From a virus, in IMG/VR virus record IMGVR_UViG_3300021964_000018, positions 77,039 to 141,038 of that record: 64,000 bases of DNA; one strand, 5' to 3'. Position numbers and translations under genes: made by a program. The notes beneath the pieces are model-generated. The model ran no database searches, was not told the origin of the DNA, and saw only the letters and a list, made by a program, of their open reading frames with translations. Positions 10,401 through 18,852 of the stretch are shown here, piece by piece. The stretch's first letter is position 1. Every line of letters starts with the position of its first letter.

Positions 10401-10922
10401 AAAAATCACCGTCAGCTGCATGAAATTATTATTGAAAATTATGTTCTGCTTAAAAAATCTCGATGGGGTATGACAATTCGTCAGGCCCAAAAGAAAGATG
10501 CACCTGACTTTTTCTTGCAATTAATTGATGATACAGCTGAAATTGAAGATTGGAATCGATTAGAAAAACTACAAATGTATCAGGATTTATGTTCAGCGAC
10601 TCGTGATGACCTCGCATTTCCTGAAGAAATGTTAACTAAAATTCAATCATCAGGCGTCAAATCAGTTTTACAGTTCGCGCCTGGTGAAAAATCAATTGGT
10701 TGGTTTTGTGTGATTGAATGGATTAAAAAGACAACCAAGAATAAGAAAACCTTTTATCGAATTAAGATAACTGATAATCAAAATAATACAGGTTGGCTTC
10801 GAATGTGGGGTAATAAGCCTAGTTCAATGACTCCTTATTCTATCTGGCTGACTAAGGCGCATAATGATCCGAATTGGGGTGCTTCAACAAGTGTCGCAAA
10901 AGTAAGACCTTTAATTGTGTAA
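7410..10922 (+). CDS. dnaE: DNA polymerase III alpha subunit (family C)
   Basis: PHP domain LHCHSGFSVYDG/TDHG; RGSGGGSLV, PDIDSD, GRHAGG, KFDFLGL, YGFNKSH. Confidence 0.97.
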   Translation: MPVLIPPPTKFVGLHCHSGFSVYDGLGYPADHIDFVLENGMDAWALTDHGNGSGLAHAHKHAEKLRKKGVKYRQIYGCEFYFVPSLKQWRGDYEQAKIDRAAAKQKAIKEEEEGGHIIENEEETKTFKLSNDEWKRRYHLVITAQNAEGLSNLFTLIKRAYTDGFYRYPRIDFDLLKKYGRGLNVSTACLGGIYSNRIMRGNALKLSDEQIQSELLQLSDRFVDAVGEDNFYLEVQFNRLKQQHLVNHHLLRHADQTGIPLLATADSHYYSPDKWEARELYKKLGWMGADPSPLPEFEDLKCELYPKNAEQMWGEFTRHYDEYEDTYKGYEEKIKGAIERSYEIAWDKCEDCWIDTSVKLPDFNSPESSAFQKLGKKVKEALVKEELHKKPEYVARAKAELEDIKYLGFENYFLVMNEVFHKAADHTLFGPARGSGGGSLVNYLLGITQVDPLKYDLLWERFLGRHRTSWPDIDSDAGDRDALINAARELYGNEAVIPVSNFNTLKLKSLVKDIAKFYGIDFGEVNKMTGPLQSEVMAQARDENTEKSVFVLKHADCMKYSKGYREFMEKYPKVKDHLEALFMQNRSVGRHAGGVIIGPPEDLERSMPIIGVRGELQTPWTEGMNFRNLEDNGFIKFDFLGLTLLKDVENCISRIITRETGKKPTFLEIRDWFDKHLNCRYVTQDDEKVWKHVYHQRRKTGVFQFTAEGARKFCENAKPTTIEELAALTAIYRPGPLRANVHKKYVKDKANAENIEYAHPIIKEILGTTFGHVTFQEQFMLLAQKLGGFSPAESDKLRKTLVKKSLDTMGKKGDEREAARIKFVTGAKEINGVPEHVSQELWERIEFFSVYGFNKSHAIAYALDSYYAAWLHTYYETDWLGTILESENNNPDALAKAISEIKAMGFEVSTPDINESGIAWTWSENKKAFIPPLTSIKGLGKNAVKEIFENRPYESIDQMLFNEEGKWYHSKLNKTGFAALCKVEALHSLKEMWDGTIKNHRQLHEIIIENYVLLKKSRWGMTIRQAQKKDAPDFFLQLIDDTAEIEDWNRLEKLQMYQDLCSATRDDLAFPEEMLTKIQSSGVKSVLQFAPGEKSIGWFCVIEWIKKTTKNKKTFYRIKITDNQNNTGWLRMWGNKPSSMTPYSIWLTKAHNDPNWGASTSVAKVRPLIV

Positions 10923-10945
10923 ATTAAAAATATTTTAATTAAAAT
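10918..10945 (+). promoter_or_regulatory. TGTAAA-N16-TAAAAT promoter
   Basis: Exact motif and spacing upstream of 10966. Confidence 0.65.
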
Positions 10946-10965
10946 AATACTAAAAGGAGTTTTTA

Positions 10966-11862
10966 ATGGTTAAGTTTCCTATTGAAAAAATTATAATTGA
11001 AGGTCCAGATTTAGCTGGAAAAACAACATTGCTTAATAAAATGCATGATATATCAAAATTCCGCTGGAATATACAAGATCGTTCTGCATTATCAATGCTA
11101 ATTTATGCAAAAATGTATAATCGAGATACGTTTCACTTAGTTGAAAATCTTAAAAAAGAACTGTTTAATCTTAACAATCAAATTGTTTTATTACTACCAC
11201 CTTTTGAAGTTTTATCAAAAAGGTTTCAAAAACGTGGTGATCCAATACAAAATTTAATATCATTGCGAAAGCTTCATAAGCTATTTTCAGAATTTGAAGA
11301 AGAATATGGATCTTTACCAAACGTAACAGTTGTTAAAAAAGAAATTAGTGATCATGATTATAAATCAATTGTAGGTCGTTATCTTGCAATGGAACAACAT
11401 GCTACAATACATCAATTTCCTGCTATGTGTGTTAATGCTGCTAATACACAGGATAACAAAGAAGTCGTTGGCCTTAGGTTTACTTATTTTGATGATGGCC
11501 AATTCACAGATGTTATTCCAGAACTTATGGAGTATAAAGGGGAAAAAGAATATTATCTTAAAATTAGAGAAAAGTTGCATTATAAAATGATGCAAAATCA
11601 TACTGACAGCCAAGATGTTTCTTCTAGAAGAATAATTTATAGCGATGATAGTTGTATTTCTTTGGCACATTTTTTAATACGTGAACAAATGTTTGATGCT
11701 AAGTTTTTTCTGCGATCATCAAATGTAAAAGATACTTTGAAATATGATATTAATTTTATTCATTTTCTAACTAGTCATGTATATCAATCTTATCATTGCA
11801 ATCAGCCTGTGAAAATAGAACTGACGTTAAACTCGGCACATATTTGTGATAGAATAGATTAG
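10966..11862 (+). CDS. dNMP kinase fused to a minimal ThyA-family (dCMP-modifying-like) domain
   Basis: P-loop EGPDLAGKTT and QDRS; C-terminal SRR..SCIS..HF..LRSSNV..KYD..NSAHI. Confidence 0.7.
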   Translation: MVKFPIEKIIIEGPDLAGKTTLLNKMHDISKFRWNIQDRSALSMLIYAKMYNRDTFHLVENLKKELFNLNNQIVLLLPPFEVLSKRFQKRGDPIQNLISLRKLHKLFSEFEEEYGSLPNVTVVKKEISDHDYKSIVGRYLAMEQHATIHQFPAMCVNAANTQDNKEVVGLRFTYFDDGQFTDVIPELMEYKGEKEYYLKIREKLHYKMMQNHTDSQDVSSRRIIYSDDSCISLAHFLIREQMFDAKFFLRSSNVKDTLKYDINFIHFLTSHVYQSYHCNQPVKIELTLNSAHICDRID

Positions 11863-11864
11863 TT

Positions 11865-12023
11865 ATGAAAAATGATAAGCTTTGGTTATTAATTGATGGC
11901 GTACTAAAAAAACTGCATCATGCAAAATTTTGGGCTACTTCTATTGATCCTCACAAAGAAGATATAATAAAAGCAATAGAAGCTTTAGAATCTGCAAGAA
12001 AGAAAATTGAGGAAGAAAAATGA
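11865..12023 (+). CDS. Small hypothetical protein (52 aa; not in ORF track)
   Basis: MKNDKLWLLIDG...KIEEEK; fills the gap and overlaps dut start as ATGA. Confidence 0.55.
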   Translation: MKNDKLWLLIDGVLKKLHHAKFWATSIDPHKEDIIKAIEALESARKKIEEEK

Positions 12024-12430
12024 AAATTAATATTAAAAAACTGCATCCAAATGCAGTGATCCCTGCATATGCAAAACAAGGTGATGCAGGTATGGATTTA
12101 ACAGCAATCGGAATAAAAGAAACCGGTTCTCACATCACATATCATACAGGTTTGGCAATAGAAATCCCAAGAGGTTATGTGGGTTTATTGTTTCCTAGAA
12201 GCTCAATCTATAAAACAGATCAGACACTAACAAATTCAGTAGGCGTTATTGATAGCGGGTATCGAGGTGAAATTATGATGAAATTTACTCGAGGAATTAA
12301 TCATTATTGTATTGGTGATAGAATTGGTCAAATTATGATTTTACCTTATCCGCAAATTGAATTTGAAGAAGTTGATCAACTTTCAACTTCAGAAAGAGGG
12401 GCTAATGGCTATGGAAGCACAGGAGCCTAA
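12020..12430 (+). CDS. dut: Trimeric dUTPase
   Basis: AGMDL, PRSS, GVIDSGYRGEI, RIGQ, RGANGYGSTG. Confidence 0.95.
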   Translation: MKINIKKLHPNAVIPAYAKQGDAGMDLTAIGIKETGSHITYHTGLAIEIPRGYVGLLFPRSSIYKTDQTLTNSVGVIDSGYRGEIMMKFTRGINHYCIGDRIGQIMILPYPQIEFEEVDQLSTSERGANGYGSTGA

Positions 12431-12644
12431 TCTAAATTCAGAAGCATATGAATATATTATTTATGAGAATAATAAACTAATAGTTTTTCCTTCACCTTCT
12501 GGTATGCACGCAGGAATGAAAAGACATTATTATTTTAAAAAAGTTTTTAATGAATATCATTTGACAATTGTAAATAGGAAATCTTGGGAAAAATTAAAAA
12601 ATCAATATAAAGTAAAAGTTTTAAAAATTAAGGAGAAAGAATGA
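12405..12644 (+). CDS. Hypothetical protein
   Basis: ORF coupled to both neighbours; start uncertain. Confidence 0.5.
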   Translation: MAMEAQEPNLNSEAYEYIIYENNKLIVFPSPSGMHAGMKRHYYFKKVFNEYHLTIVNRKSWEKLKNQYKVKVLKIKEKE

Positions 12645-13672
12645 AAAAAGCACTCGTAACAGGTGGCTGCGGATTTATCGGTAGTAATCTTACAAAAGAA
12701 TTAATAAAACAAGGTTGGCAAGTCGATATTGTTGATGACATGTCTAATGGTCATTTAGAGTTGTTAGGCGGTTTAAAATTTAAAACGCTTCCAAATGCAT
12801 CTTTTGTTTATCATTTTATGAATCAGATGAAAGGAAAAACACAAAGGGCTAAGAATACTGTGCTTGTAATTCAAGATGATTTTGCTGCACCAGCGCTTCT
12901 TGATTATATTGAAACAAATGCTTACGATGTAATATTTCACCAAGCAGCAGTTCCGAGAGTAAGTTATTCAGTTGAGTTTCCTTATGAAACTACAATTAAT
13001 AACATTGCAAAAACTGTATCACTTTTCGATGCTGCTAAAGGTCATGTTAAAAGAATTGTTAATGCATCATCTTCATCAGTTTATGGCGGGGCTGATAAAT
13101 TACCTACTAAGGAAAGTGAAAATCAAAAAAGCCCAAAGTCTCCTTATGCATGGCAAAAAAGTGCGATTGAAGATTATTCAAAAATCTGTGCCGATTTATA
13201 TGATTTAGACATTGTAAATTTAAGATATTTTAATGTTTTCGGCCCAGGTCAATATGGTAATAGTCCTTATTCAACGGCGGTGTCTGCATGGTGTCATGCA
13301 ATTAAAAATGGATTAGAATGTAGATCTGACGGTGATGGAGAGCAAACCCGCGATATGTGTTATATAGACAATATTGTATCAGCTAATATTTTAGCAGCAT
13401 ATGCAACCGGAAAATTTAAAGGTTTGGCATATAATGTTGCATGTGGAGACAGGGTCTCAAACAATGAAATTTTAAATTATCTTAAAAACCAGTTTGGAGA
13501 TCGAGTTAAAGTAAAAAATGCTCCAGAAAGACCAGGTGATGTAAAACATACACAGGCAGATATCAGTTGTGCAACACAAGATTTTGGTTATAAACCTCTT
13601 GTTCAGTTTTGGGAAGGTTTGGAAAGAACAATCGAGTGGTGGGAAATAAAACCTGACGAATCAAATAAATAG
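12641..13672 (+). CDS. NAD-dependent NDP-sugar 4-epimerase (WbpP/GalE-like)
   Basis: TGGCGFIGS, HQAA, SSSSVYG, YAWQK, LRYFNVFGP, RPGDV. Confidence 0.9.
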   Translation: MKKALVTGGCGFIGSNLTKELIKQGWQVDIVDDMSNGHLELLGGLKFKTLPNASFVYHFMNQMKGKTQRAKNTVLVIQDDFAAPALLDYIETNAYDVIFHQAAVPRVSYSVEFPYETTINNIAKTVSLFDAAKGHVKRIVNASSSSVYGGADKLPTKESENQKSPKSPYAWQKSAIEDYSKICADLYDLDIVNLRYFNVFGPGQYGNSPYSTAVSAWCHAIKNGLECRSDGDGEQTRDMCYIDNIVSANILAAYATGKFKGLAYNVACGDRVSNNEILNYLKNQFGDRVKVKNAPERPGDVKHTQADISCATQDFGYKPLVQFWEGLERTIEWWEIKPDESNK

Positions 13673-13698
13673 TAATAGACTTTATCCCGGAGGATTAA

Positions 13699-14541
13699 AT
13701 GAAACTTGAACCATCACTTGTTGATTGTGTAATTTATCACGCAAATTGTACAGATGGTTTCGGTGCTGCATACTCAGCATGGAAGCTTTTAGGAAATCGT
13801 GCTGAGTATCATGCATGTGTGCATGGCCAAAAGCCACCTGACGTCAAAGGAAAGAATGTTGTTATACTTGATTTCTCCTTTGACAATAAAACAACTAAAA
13901 AATTAATTGAAAAAGCAGAAAACCTTTTAATTATCGATCATCACAAATCTGCAATGGTTGAATTACACGATATCAGCAATACACATTTTGACATGACAAA
14001 GTCAGGAGCAATGTTATCATGGGAATGGTTTCACCCAGGAAAAGAGCCACCTAAGTTTATTCAATATATCATGGATAGAGACTTATGGAAATGGGAATTG
14101 CCATACTCGAAAGAATTTTCAGCTGCGTTTGATATGGTACCTTATGAATTTGAAGAATTTGAAAAGTTTGAAGATGATTCAGTTTTTGATGATGCAGTTA
14201 AGCGAGGAAGTTTTATTCTTGCATATTCAAAAACTGTAATTAAAAAAGTTTGTGATAAAGCTGTGCCTAAAAAATTAGACAATAGTAATGTCATGGTCGT
14301 TAACAGTTCTCATTGGATGTCAGAAATTGGTGCAAGATTAGCTCCTGACTGTGATTATGCACTTATTTGGTATTATGATCATGCAGTTCAAGAATGTCGG
14401 GTAAGCCTTCGCGCATTTCATGATAATGTCGATGTTTCAGAAGTAGCCAAAAAGTTTGGAGGCGGTGGCCACAAGAAGGCTGCTGGTTTTACGTTAAAAG
14501 GAAAAATGGTAATTGATGATATTTTTGACAAGGAAAAATAA
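13699..14541 (+). CDS. DHH/DHHA1 phosphoesterase
   Basis: HANCTDG, IDHH, DRDLW, GGGGHKKAAG. Confidence 0.9.
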   Translation: MKLEPSLVDCVIYHANCTDGFGAAYSAWKLLGNRAEYHACVHGQKPPDVKGKNVVILDFSFDNKTTKKLIEKAENLLIIDHHKSAMVELHDISNTHFDMTKSGAMLSWEWFHPGKEPPKFIQYIMDRDLWKWELPYSKEFSAAFDMVPYEFEEFEKFEDDSVFDDAVKRGSFILAYSKTVIKKVCDKAVPKKLDNSNVMVVNSSHWMSEIGARLAPDCDYALIWYYDHAVQECRVSLRAFHDNVDVSEVAKKFGGGGHKKAAGFTLKGKMVIDDIFDKEK

Positions 14542-15150
14542 ATGTTAACGGCAATGGGCGACGTTATGCGAAAAGCACACGAAAAAGGATGGATTACAAC
14601 AAGAGATGGTAATGTATCTGTTAAAATGACAGGAAAAGATATCCTATATATAACACCTTCTGGTTGGCGAAAGACAATATTGCATCCTGAACATATTATT
14701 AAAGTTAAATTTACCCCTGCAGGTTTAAACGTTCCAGAAGGAACAACACCTTCTGGGGAATTGCATATGCATTCAAAGCTTCAACGGTTTGCAAAATATA
14801 CGAGATCGGTTGTTCACCTTCACCCCACAAATATTATTGCAGCAATGTATGCCGGCTGGAATTTGCAATCGTTGGCAGCAGAATTTCCTGAGGTATCACG
14901 TTATACAAGGGTTGGACCAACTGTTCCAGTTCTTCCTGTCACGTCGAATATACTTGCTGAAGAAACATTTGAGGCTTTTACTGATTTTGAAGGTACCGGA
15001 TCTAATAAACTTAAGTTTGATATTGTTGGTCAAAAAAATCATGGAGTTTGTGCAGTAGGCGCAAATCCATGGGATGCTTATGAACATATTGAAAGGTTAG
15101 AACACATTTGTGAAATAGCCTTAAAAAGTGGAAGAAGACCTAATGAATAG
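14542..15150 (+). CDS. Class II aldolase/adducin family protein
   Basis: DGNVS, TPSG, SGELHMH, HLHP, NHG. Confidence 0.9.
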   Translation: MLTAMGDVMRKAHEKGWITTRDGNVSVKMTGKDILYITPSGWRKTILHPEHIIKVKFTPAGLNVPEGTTPSGELHMHSKLQRFAKYTRSVVHLHPTNIIAAMYAGWNLQSLAAEFPEVSRYTRVGPTVPVLPVTSNILAEETFEAFTDFEGTGSNKLKFDIVGQKNHGVCAVGANPWDAYEHIERLEHICEIALKSGRRPNE

Positions 15151-15553
15151 ACCAGAATGGGATGATATATGGATGGGTTTTGCTCAAAGTATTGCTAAGA
15201 GATCTTGTGATTCAAAATATCAAGTTGGTGCCGTCGTTGTAAATTCAGAAAACACACAAGTTCTTTCAATAGGATATAATGGTGATCAAAAAGGTGGGTC
15301 AAATCAAAGGGACTCTACTGAAACCGGTCAATCAGGATTTATTCATGCAGAAATCAATGCATTAATTAAGATGGACTATAATAACCCATGTAAGAAAAAA
15401 ATGTATTTGACTCTTTCGCCTTGTGAAGTCTGTGCAAAAGCAATCGTCAATGCAGGAATAACAGCAGTCGTTTATTCTAAAGAATATGAGCACGGAAAAA
15501 AAGGAATATCTATTTTAAATGATGCAGGAATAGTGGTAAGAAACATTAAATGA
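15143..15553 (+). CDS. dCMP deaminase
   Basis: VGAV, GYNG, HAEINA, SPCEVC. Confidence 0.9.
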   Translation: MNRPEWDDIWMGFAQSIAKRSCDSKYQVGAVVVNSENTQVLSIGYNGDQKGGSNQRDSTETGQSGFIHAEINALIKMDYNNPCKKKMYLTLSPCEVCAKAIVNAGITAVVYSKEYEHGKKGISILNDAGIVVRNIK

Positions 15554-15581
15554 TGATAATTAACTAATATAAGGTTGTGAT

Positions 15582-15848
15582 ATGAGTTATTTAAAAAAAC
15601 ATTTAGAAGAAAATTTGATCAAGATGGGAGGGAAAAAAATAAAAGATTCAATTTCTTTTATTAAGCCTTCTCTCTTGATTAAACATAAAGAAGCAGGTGT
15701 AAAGTATACAATTCAAAAGATATATTTTGATAAAAATCATAACCCTTTTGTTGTGTGTTATCGATATTATACACCTACAGAAAAATTTCAAAAAAAGGTC
15801 TTTGTTGTGTTAGATAAAGACGAGTTTAAAAATTATGAACCGGTATAA
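15582..15848 (+). CDS. Hypothetical protein
   Basis: ORF track; SD AAGG. Confidence 0.6.
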   Translation: MSYLKKHLEENLIKMGGKKIKDSISFIKPSLLIKHKEAGVKYTIQKIYFDKNHNPFVVCYRYYTPTEKFQKKVFVVLDKDEFKNYEPV

Positions 15849-15850
15849 AT

Positions 15851-16552
15851 ATGGACATGTTATTTAATCAAAAGGCAAAGCAAATCATTAAAGATACTCT
15901 TAAAACTAGTGAACAAGGATTAAATGAATCTTTTGTTTCGCAGGAAAAGCAATTTGATATCAATACAGACTTTCTATCAGAAAAAAATATTAATAATCAT
16001 AAAGAATTATATAAGAGTTATATTGAAAATTTCAATAAAGTCAGTGCAAAACTAGATTCAGCAGATAGGTCTAGTGCAGACAAAAATCATTCTGAGTTTC
16101 GTTCACTTAAACTTGACGAAACTTTTAATATGAACGGTGCTTATCTTCATGAATTATATTTTGCCAACATTGCAGATGCTAATTCTCAAATCAATATGGA
16201 TTCTTTATCTTTTATGCGGATCAATAGAGACTTTGGCTCTTTCGATGCATGGCAAAAAGATTTGATCGCATGTGGTAAAAGTGCAAGAAATGGATGGGTT
16301 ATTACATATTTGAACATGTATACACAATCTTATATGAATTGTTTTATTGACCTTCATTCTAAAAACGTACCGGTTGGAATGTATCCTGTTATTGTAATAG
16401 ATATGTGGGATCATTCTTATTACAAAGATTATCTTAAAGACTCAAAAACATATTTGATTGCGATGATGAAGCAATTAAAATGGAATGTTATTGAAGAAAG
16501 AATTAAAAAAGCAGATAAATTATTACAAGTTTTGAGAGGCCATGATGTATAG
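15851..16552 (+). CDS. Fe/Mn superoxide dismutase-like protein
   Basis: H..LY..Y, NGAYLHELYF, FGSFDAW, DMWDHSYY. Confidence 0.8.
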   Translation: MDMLFNQKAKQIIKDTLKTSEQGLNESFVSQEKQFDINTDFLSEKNINNHKELYKSYIENFNKVSAKLDSADRSSADKNHSEFRSLKLDETFNMNGAYLHELYFANIADANSQINMDSLSFMRINRDFGSFDAWQKDLIACGKSARNGWVITYLNMYTQSYMNCFIDLHSKNVPVGMYPVIVIDMWDHSYYKDYLKDSKTYLIAMMKQLKWNVIEERIKKADKLLQVLRGHDV

Positions 16553-17162
16553 AAAAAGATATTTATTCGAACAAGAAGAAAAACCTCGAGGGGCCCCAGA
16601 AAAAGATATATATGTAAAGGATACTGAAATCAAGGCAAGGAAATCAAAGCATTCAGTCGACGATCAAATTGATGCTTTGATTTTAAGATACGAAGCTAGT
16701 TCTTTGCAAGAAAAAGATAAAGAATTAAGTTTAATGGAAAGTTTATCAAAAAGGTCTTTAAAGTTTTTATTAGAACAAGAAGAAGAAGAAGAAGCCGCTG
16801 CTGAAGAAGAACCAGCTGAAGAAGCAGGAACTGAGCCGACAGGATCTGAAGAAATGAAAGCTTCGAAGCCAGGAAAACAAATTATTCCTGATCTGGATAT
16901 CGATGCATTTGCTAGTCGAACCGTTCGTTTAATTAATAATCCAGAAGCTTTACTTGATATTAAAACTGCGATCGTCAATAGAATTAAAAACTTTTTAGAT
17001 GAAAACTATGGTGATCAATTCGTAACCAGATATCTCAGTATTTTGGAAGAAGAATTTGGAATAGAATCAACAGAATTTGATGATCAAGAAATGGAGCAAA
17101 CTTCTGATGATACATTTGCTGTTGGCGCGAATCCTGCTGGAGCAGGAATGAGTGGAGGATAA
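16542..17162 (+). CDS. Acidic hypothetical protein
   Basis: ORF track; Glu-rich linker. Confidence 0.7.
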   Translation: MMYRKRYLFEQEEKPRGAPEKDIYVKDTEIKARKSKHSVDDQIDALILRYEASSLQEKDKELSLMESLSKRSLKFLLEQEEEEEAAAEEEPAEEAGTEPTGSEEMKASKPGKQIIPDLDIDAFASRTVRLINNPEALLDIKTAIVNRIKNFLDENYGDQFVTRYLSILEEEFGIESTEFDDQEMEQTSDDTFAVGANPAGAGMSGG

Positions 17163-17168
17163 GAAAAT

Positions 17169-17447
17169 ATGAAGCTTAAAAAATCACTTCATATTAACAT
17201 GTCAAAAGACGTGCATTCAGAATTTAAGATTCAATGTATGCGCCGTGATCTTTCAATGCAAGAAGTAATCGAAGCTTTTGCATCACGTGTAGCAGATGAG
17301 TCAAATGATATGATGAGATTGCTCGAGCAAATAAAGAAAGATAAGCAAATTAAAGATGTTAAGCGTTATACAAAATCTGATGCCGATTCTTTATTTGCCA
17401 TTTTAGAGTCAAATAACCCGTTTGGAGAAGAAGATGAGCGAGAATGA
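17169..17447 (+). CDS. Putative ribbon-helix-helix DNA-binding protein
   Basis: KSLHINMSKDVHSEFKIQC...LSMQEVIE strand-helix-helix pattern. Confidence 0.5.
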   Translation: MKLKKSLHINMSKDVHSEFKIQCMRRDLSMQEVIEAFASRVADESNDMMRLLEQIKKDKQIKDVKRYTKSDADSLFAILESNNPFGEEDERE

Positions 17448-17718
17448 AATAATAAAAGGTATTAAAGGCCTTGATGAAGAAAAAAGAAAAGAATTAGGAA
17501 AAAAAGTTGTTGATCAACTTTATCTTGATGACAAAGAAAAAGGTATTTTAGATGCGTTGCAAGAAAAAGCAGTTAGTCGAAAATTACTTGTTTTTATTGT
17601 AGCAACATGTTTATTGGTATGGTCAACACTTGACCCGTCTGATTGGTCATTGATTGCTTTAATTTACATTGGTGGACAATCTGCAGTTGATATTGCCAAA
17701 GTTTGGAAAGGATTATAA
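17434..17718 (+). CDS. Small two-TM membrane protein (holin-like)
   Basis: SRKLLVFIVATCLLVW and WSLIALIYIGGQ hydrophobic segments. Confidence 0.55.
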   Translation: MSENEIIKGIKGLDEEKRKELGKKVVDQLYLDDKEKGILDALQEKAVSRKLLVFIVATCLLVWSTLDPSDWSLIALIYIGGQSAVDIAKVWKGL

Positions 17719-17719
17719 A

Positions 17720-18058
17720 ATGAAATTGAATAGAAGAGAATTAAGAAAATTAATTCACGAATCGATTAATGAAGCAATGTCGCATGAAAGAAATTTTAGA
17801 AAAGCGCAACTTGCTCATGATAATATGCAACAGCCTGATTTTTATGAAGGTGATCCATCAAGTTTTTATGCCTCGGATGAAGAAATATTTGATTTCGCTG
17901 TTGAAAATTTAATTGATTTACTAATTGATCGTGCAGTTGATGAAGGTATTTTAACTGATGAACAAGTTGAAAACATGTCCGATGAAGAATTAATTCCAAT
18001 ATTAAGACAGAATTTTAAAAGTGATCTTTATAAAGATGAATATGATCAGTATAATTAA
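17720..18058 (+). CDS. Hypothetical protein with leader (MKLNRRELRKLIHESINE)
   Basis: Leader motif; ATG right after upstream stop. Confidence 0.75.
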   Translation: MKLNRRELRKLIHESINEAMSHERNFRKAQLAHDNMQQPDFYEGDPSSFYASDEEIFDFAVENLIDLLIDRAVDEGILTDEQVENMSDEELIPILRQNFKSDLYKDEYDQYN

Positions 18059-18086
18059 TATATATAAAAATTAACAGGAGTAAAAA

Positions 18087-18464
18087 ATGAAAATTACAAG
18101 AAAACAATTAAGAAGCTTAATCATGGAAGCAGCTGCTGACGTCGAACAAGGTGTGCGAGACTATTTGTCTAGACCAGGGCGAGGAGATCAAGCACATTAT
18201 AATCCATACCGGGATCCCAATACTGGCCGAGCAAGAGGATTCGGGACAGCAGCAGATTATGATTTAACTGGCGAAGAAATAAGAGATCATGCTTTTGGAA
18301 TGGATTCAGATATGTACGGTGAAGAAGATATTGAACGTGATCAATTTGATTCCGAAGTTCAGGCAGCATTAGATAAGCTTGTTGATGAAGGAATCTTAGA
18401 ATTAACTTATGATGGTTATATCATGCTCGACCCGAAGCCTTTAAACAATAAAGGAATTTCTTAA
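18087..18464 (+). CDS. Hypothetical protein with leader (MKITRKQLRSLIME)
   Basis: Leader motif; SD AGGAG. Confidence 0.75.
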   Translation: MKITRKQLRSLIMEAAADVEQGVRDYLSRPGRGDQAHYNPYRDPNTGRARGFGTAADYDLTGEEIRDHAFGMDSDMYGEEDIERDQFDSEVQAALDKLVDEGILELTYDGYIMLDPKPLNNKGIS

Positions 18465-18836
18465 ATGTTTTTCTTAAGAAAAGCTTGGGATTGGTGTGTT
18501 AAACACTGGAAGCTTTTATTGGTTTCCGTTGGTGGTTTTATAGCTTTTCTTATAGGGTATCAGCGTGCATCAAGAAATACACGGCGTGTTAAATTAGAAT
18601 TAGACCTGACAAATAAAGACAAAGATCTTCTTGAAGAAAACAATGAAGCATTTCATAATGCGACAATTAAACAGATTAAAGAATACGAAGTTGCAAAAGA
18701 AGATCTTCATCAAAAGAATATTAAGTCTTTGGCAGATATCGAGTTAAAAAAAGAAGAAGATAAAAAAGATATCCTAAATTCTGATGAAAAACTTGATAAA
18801 ATACTTAAAGACAAATGGGGCTTAAAAAAAGAATAG
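18465..18836 (+). CDS. Membrane-anchored coiled-coil protein (spanin-like?)
   Basis: N-terminal TM segment followed by charged helical region. Confidence 0.55.
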   Translation: MFFLRKAWDWCVKHWKLLLVSVGGFIAFLIGYQRASRNTRRVKLELDLTNKDKDLLEENNEAFHNATIKQIKEYEVAKEDLHQKNIKSLADIELKKEEDKKDILNSDEKLDKILKDKWGLKKE

Positions 18837-18852
18837 CCCGAGGAGAAACACA

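Noticed and set aside
7410-10922. Intein or intron in dnaE
   Set aside because: Continuous ORF of normal DnaE length with no splicing or homing-endonuclease motifs
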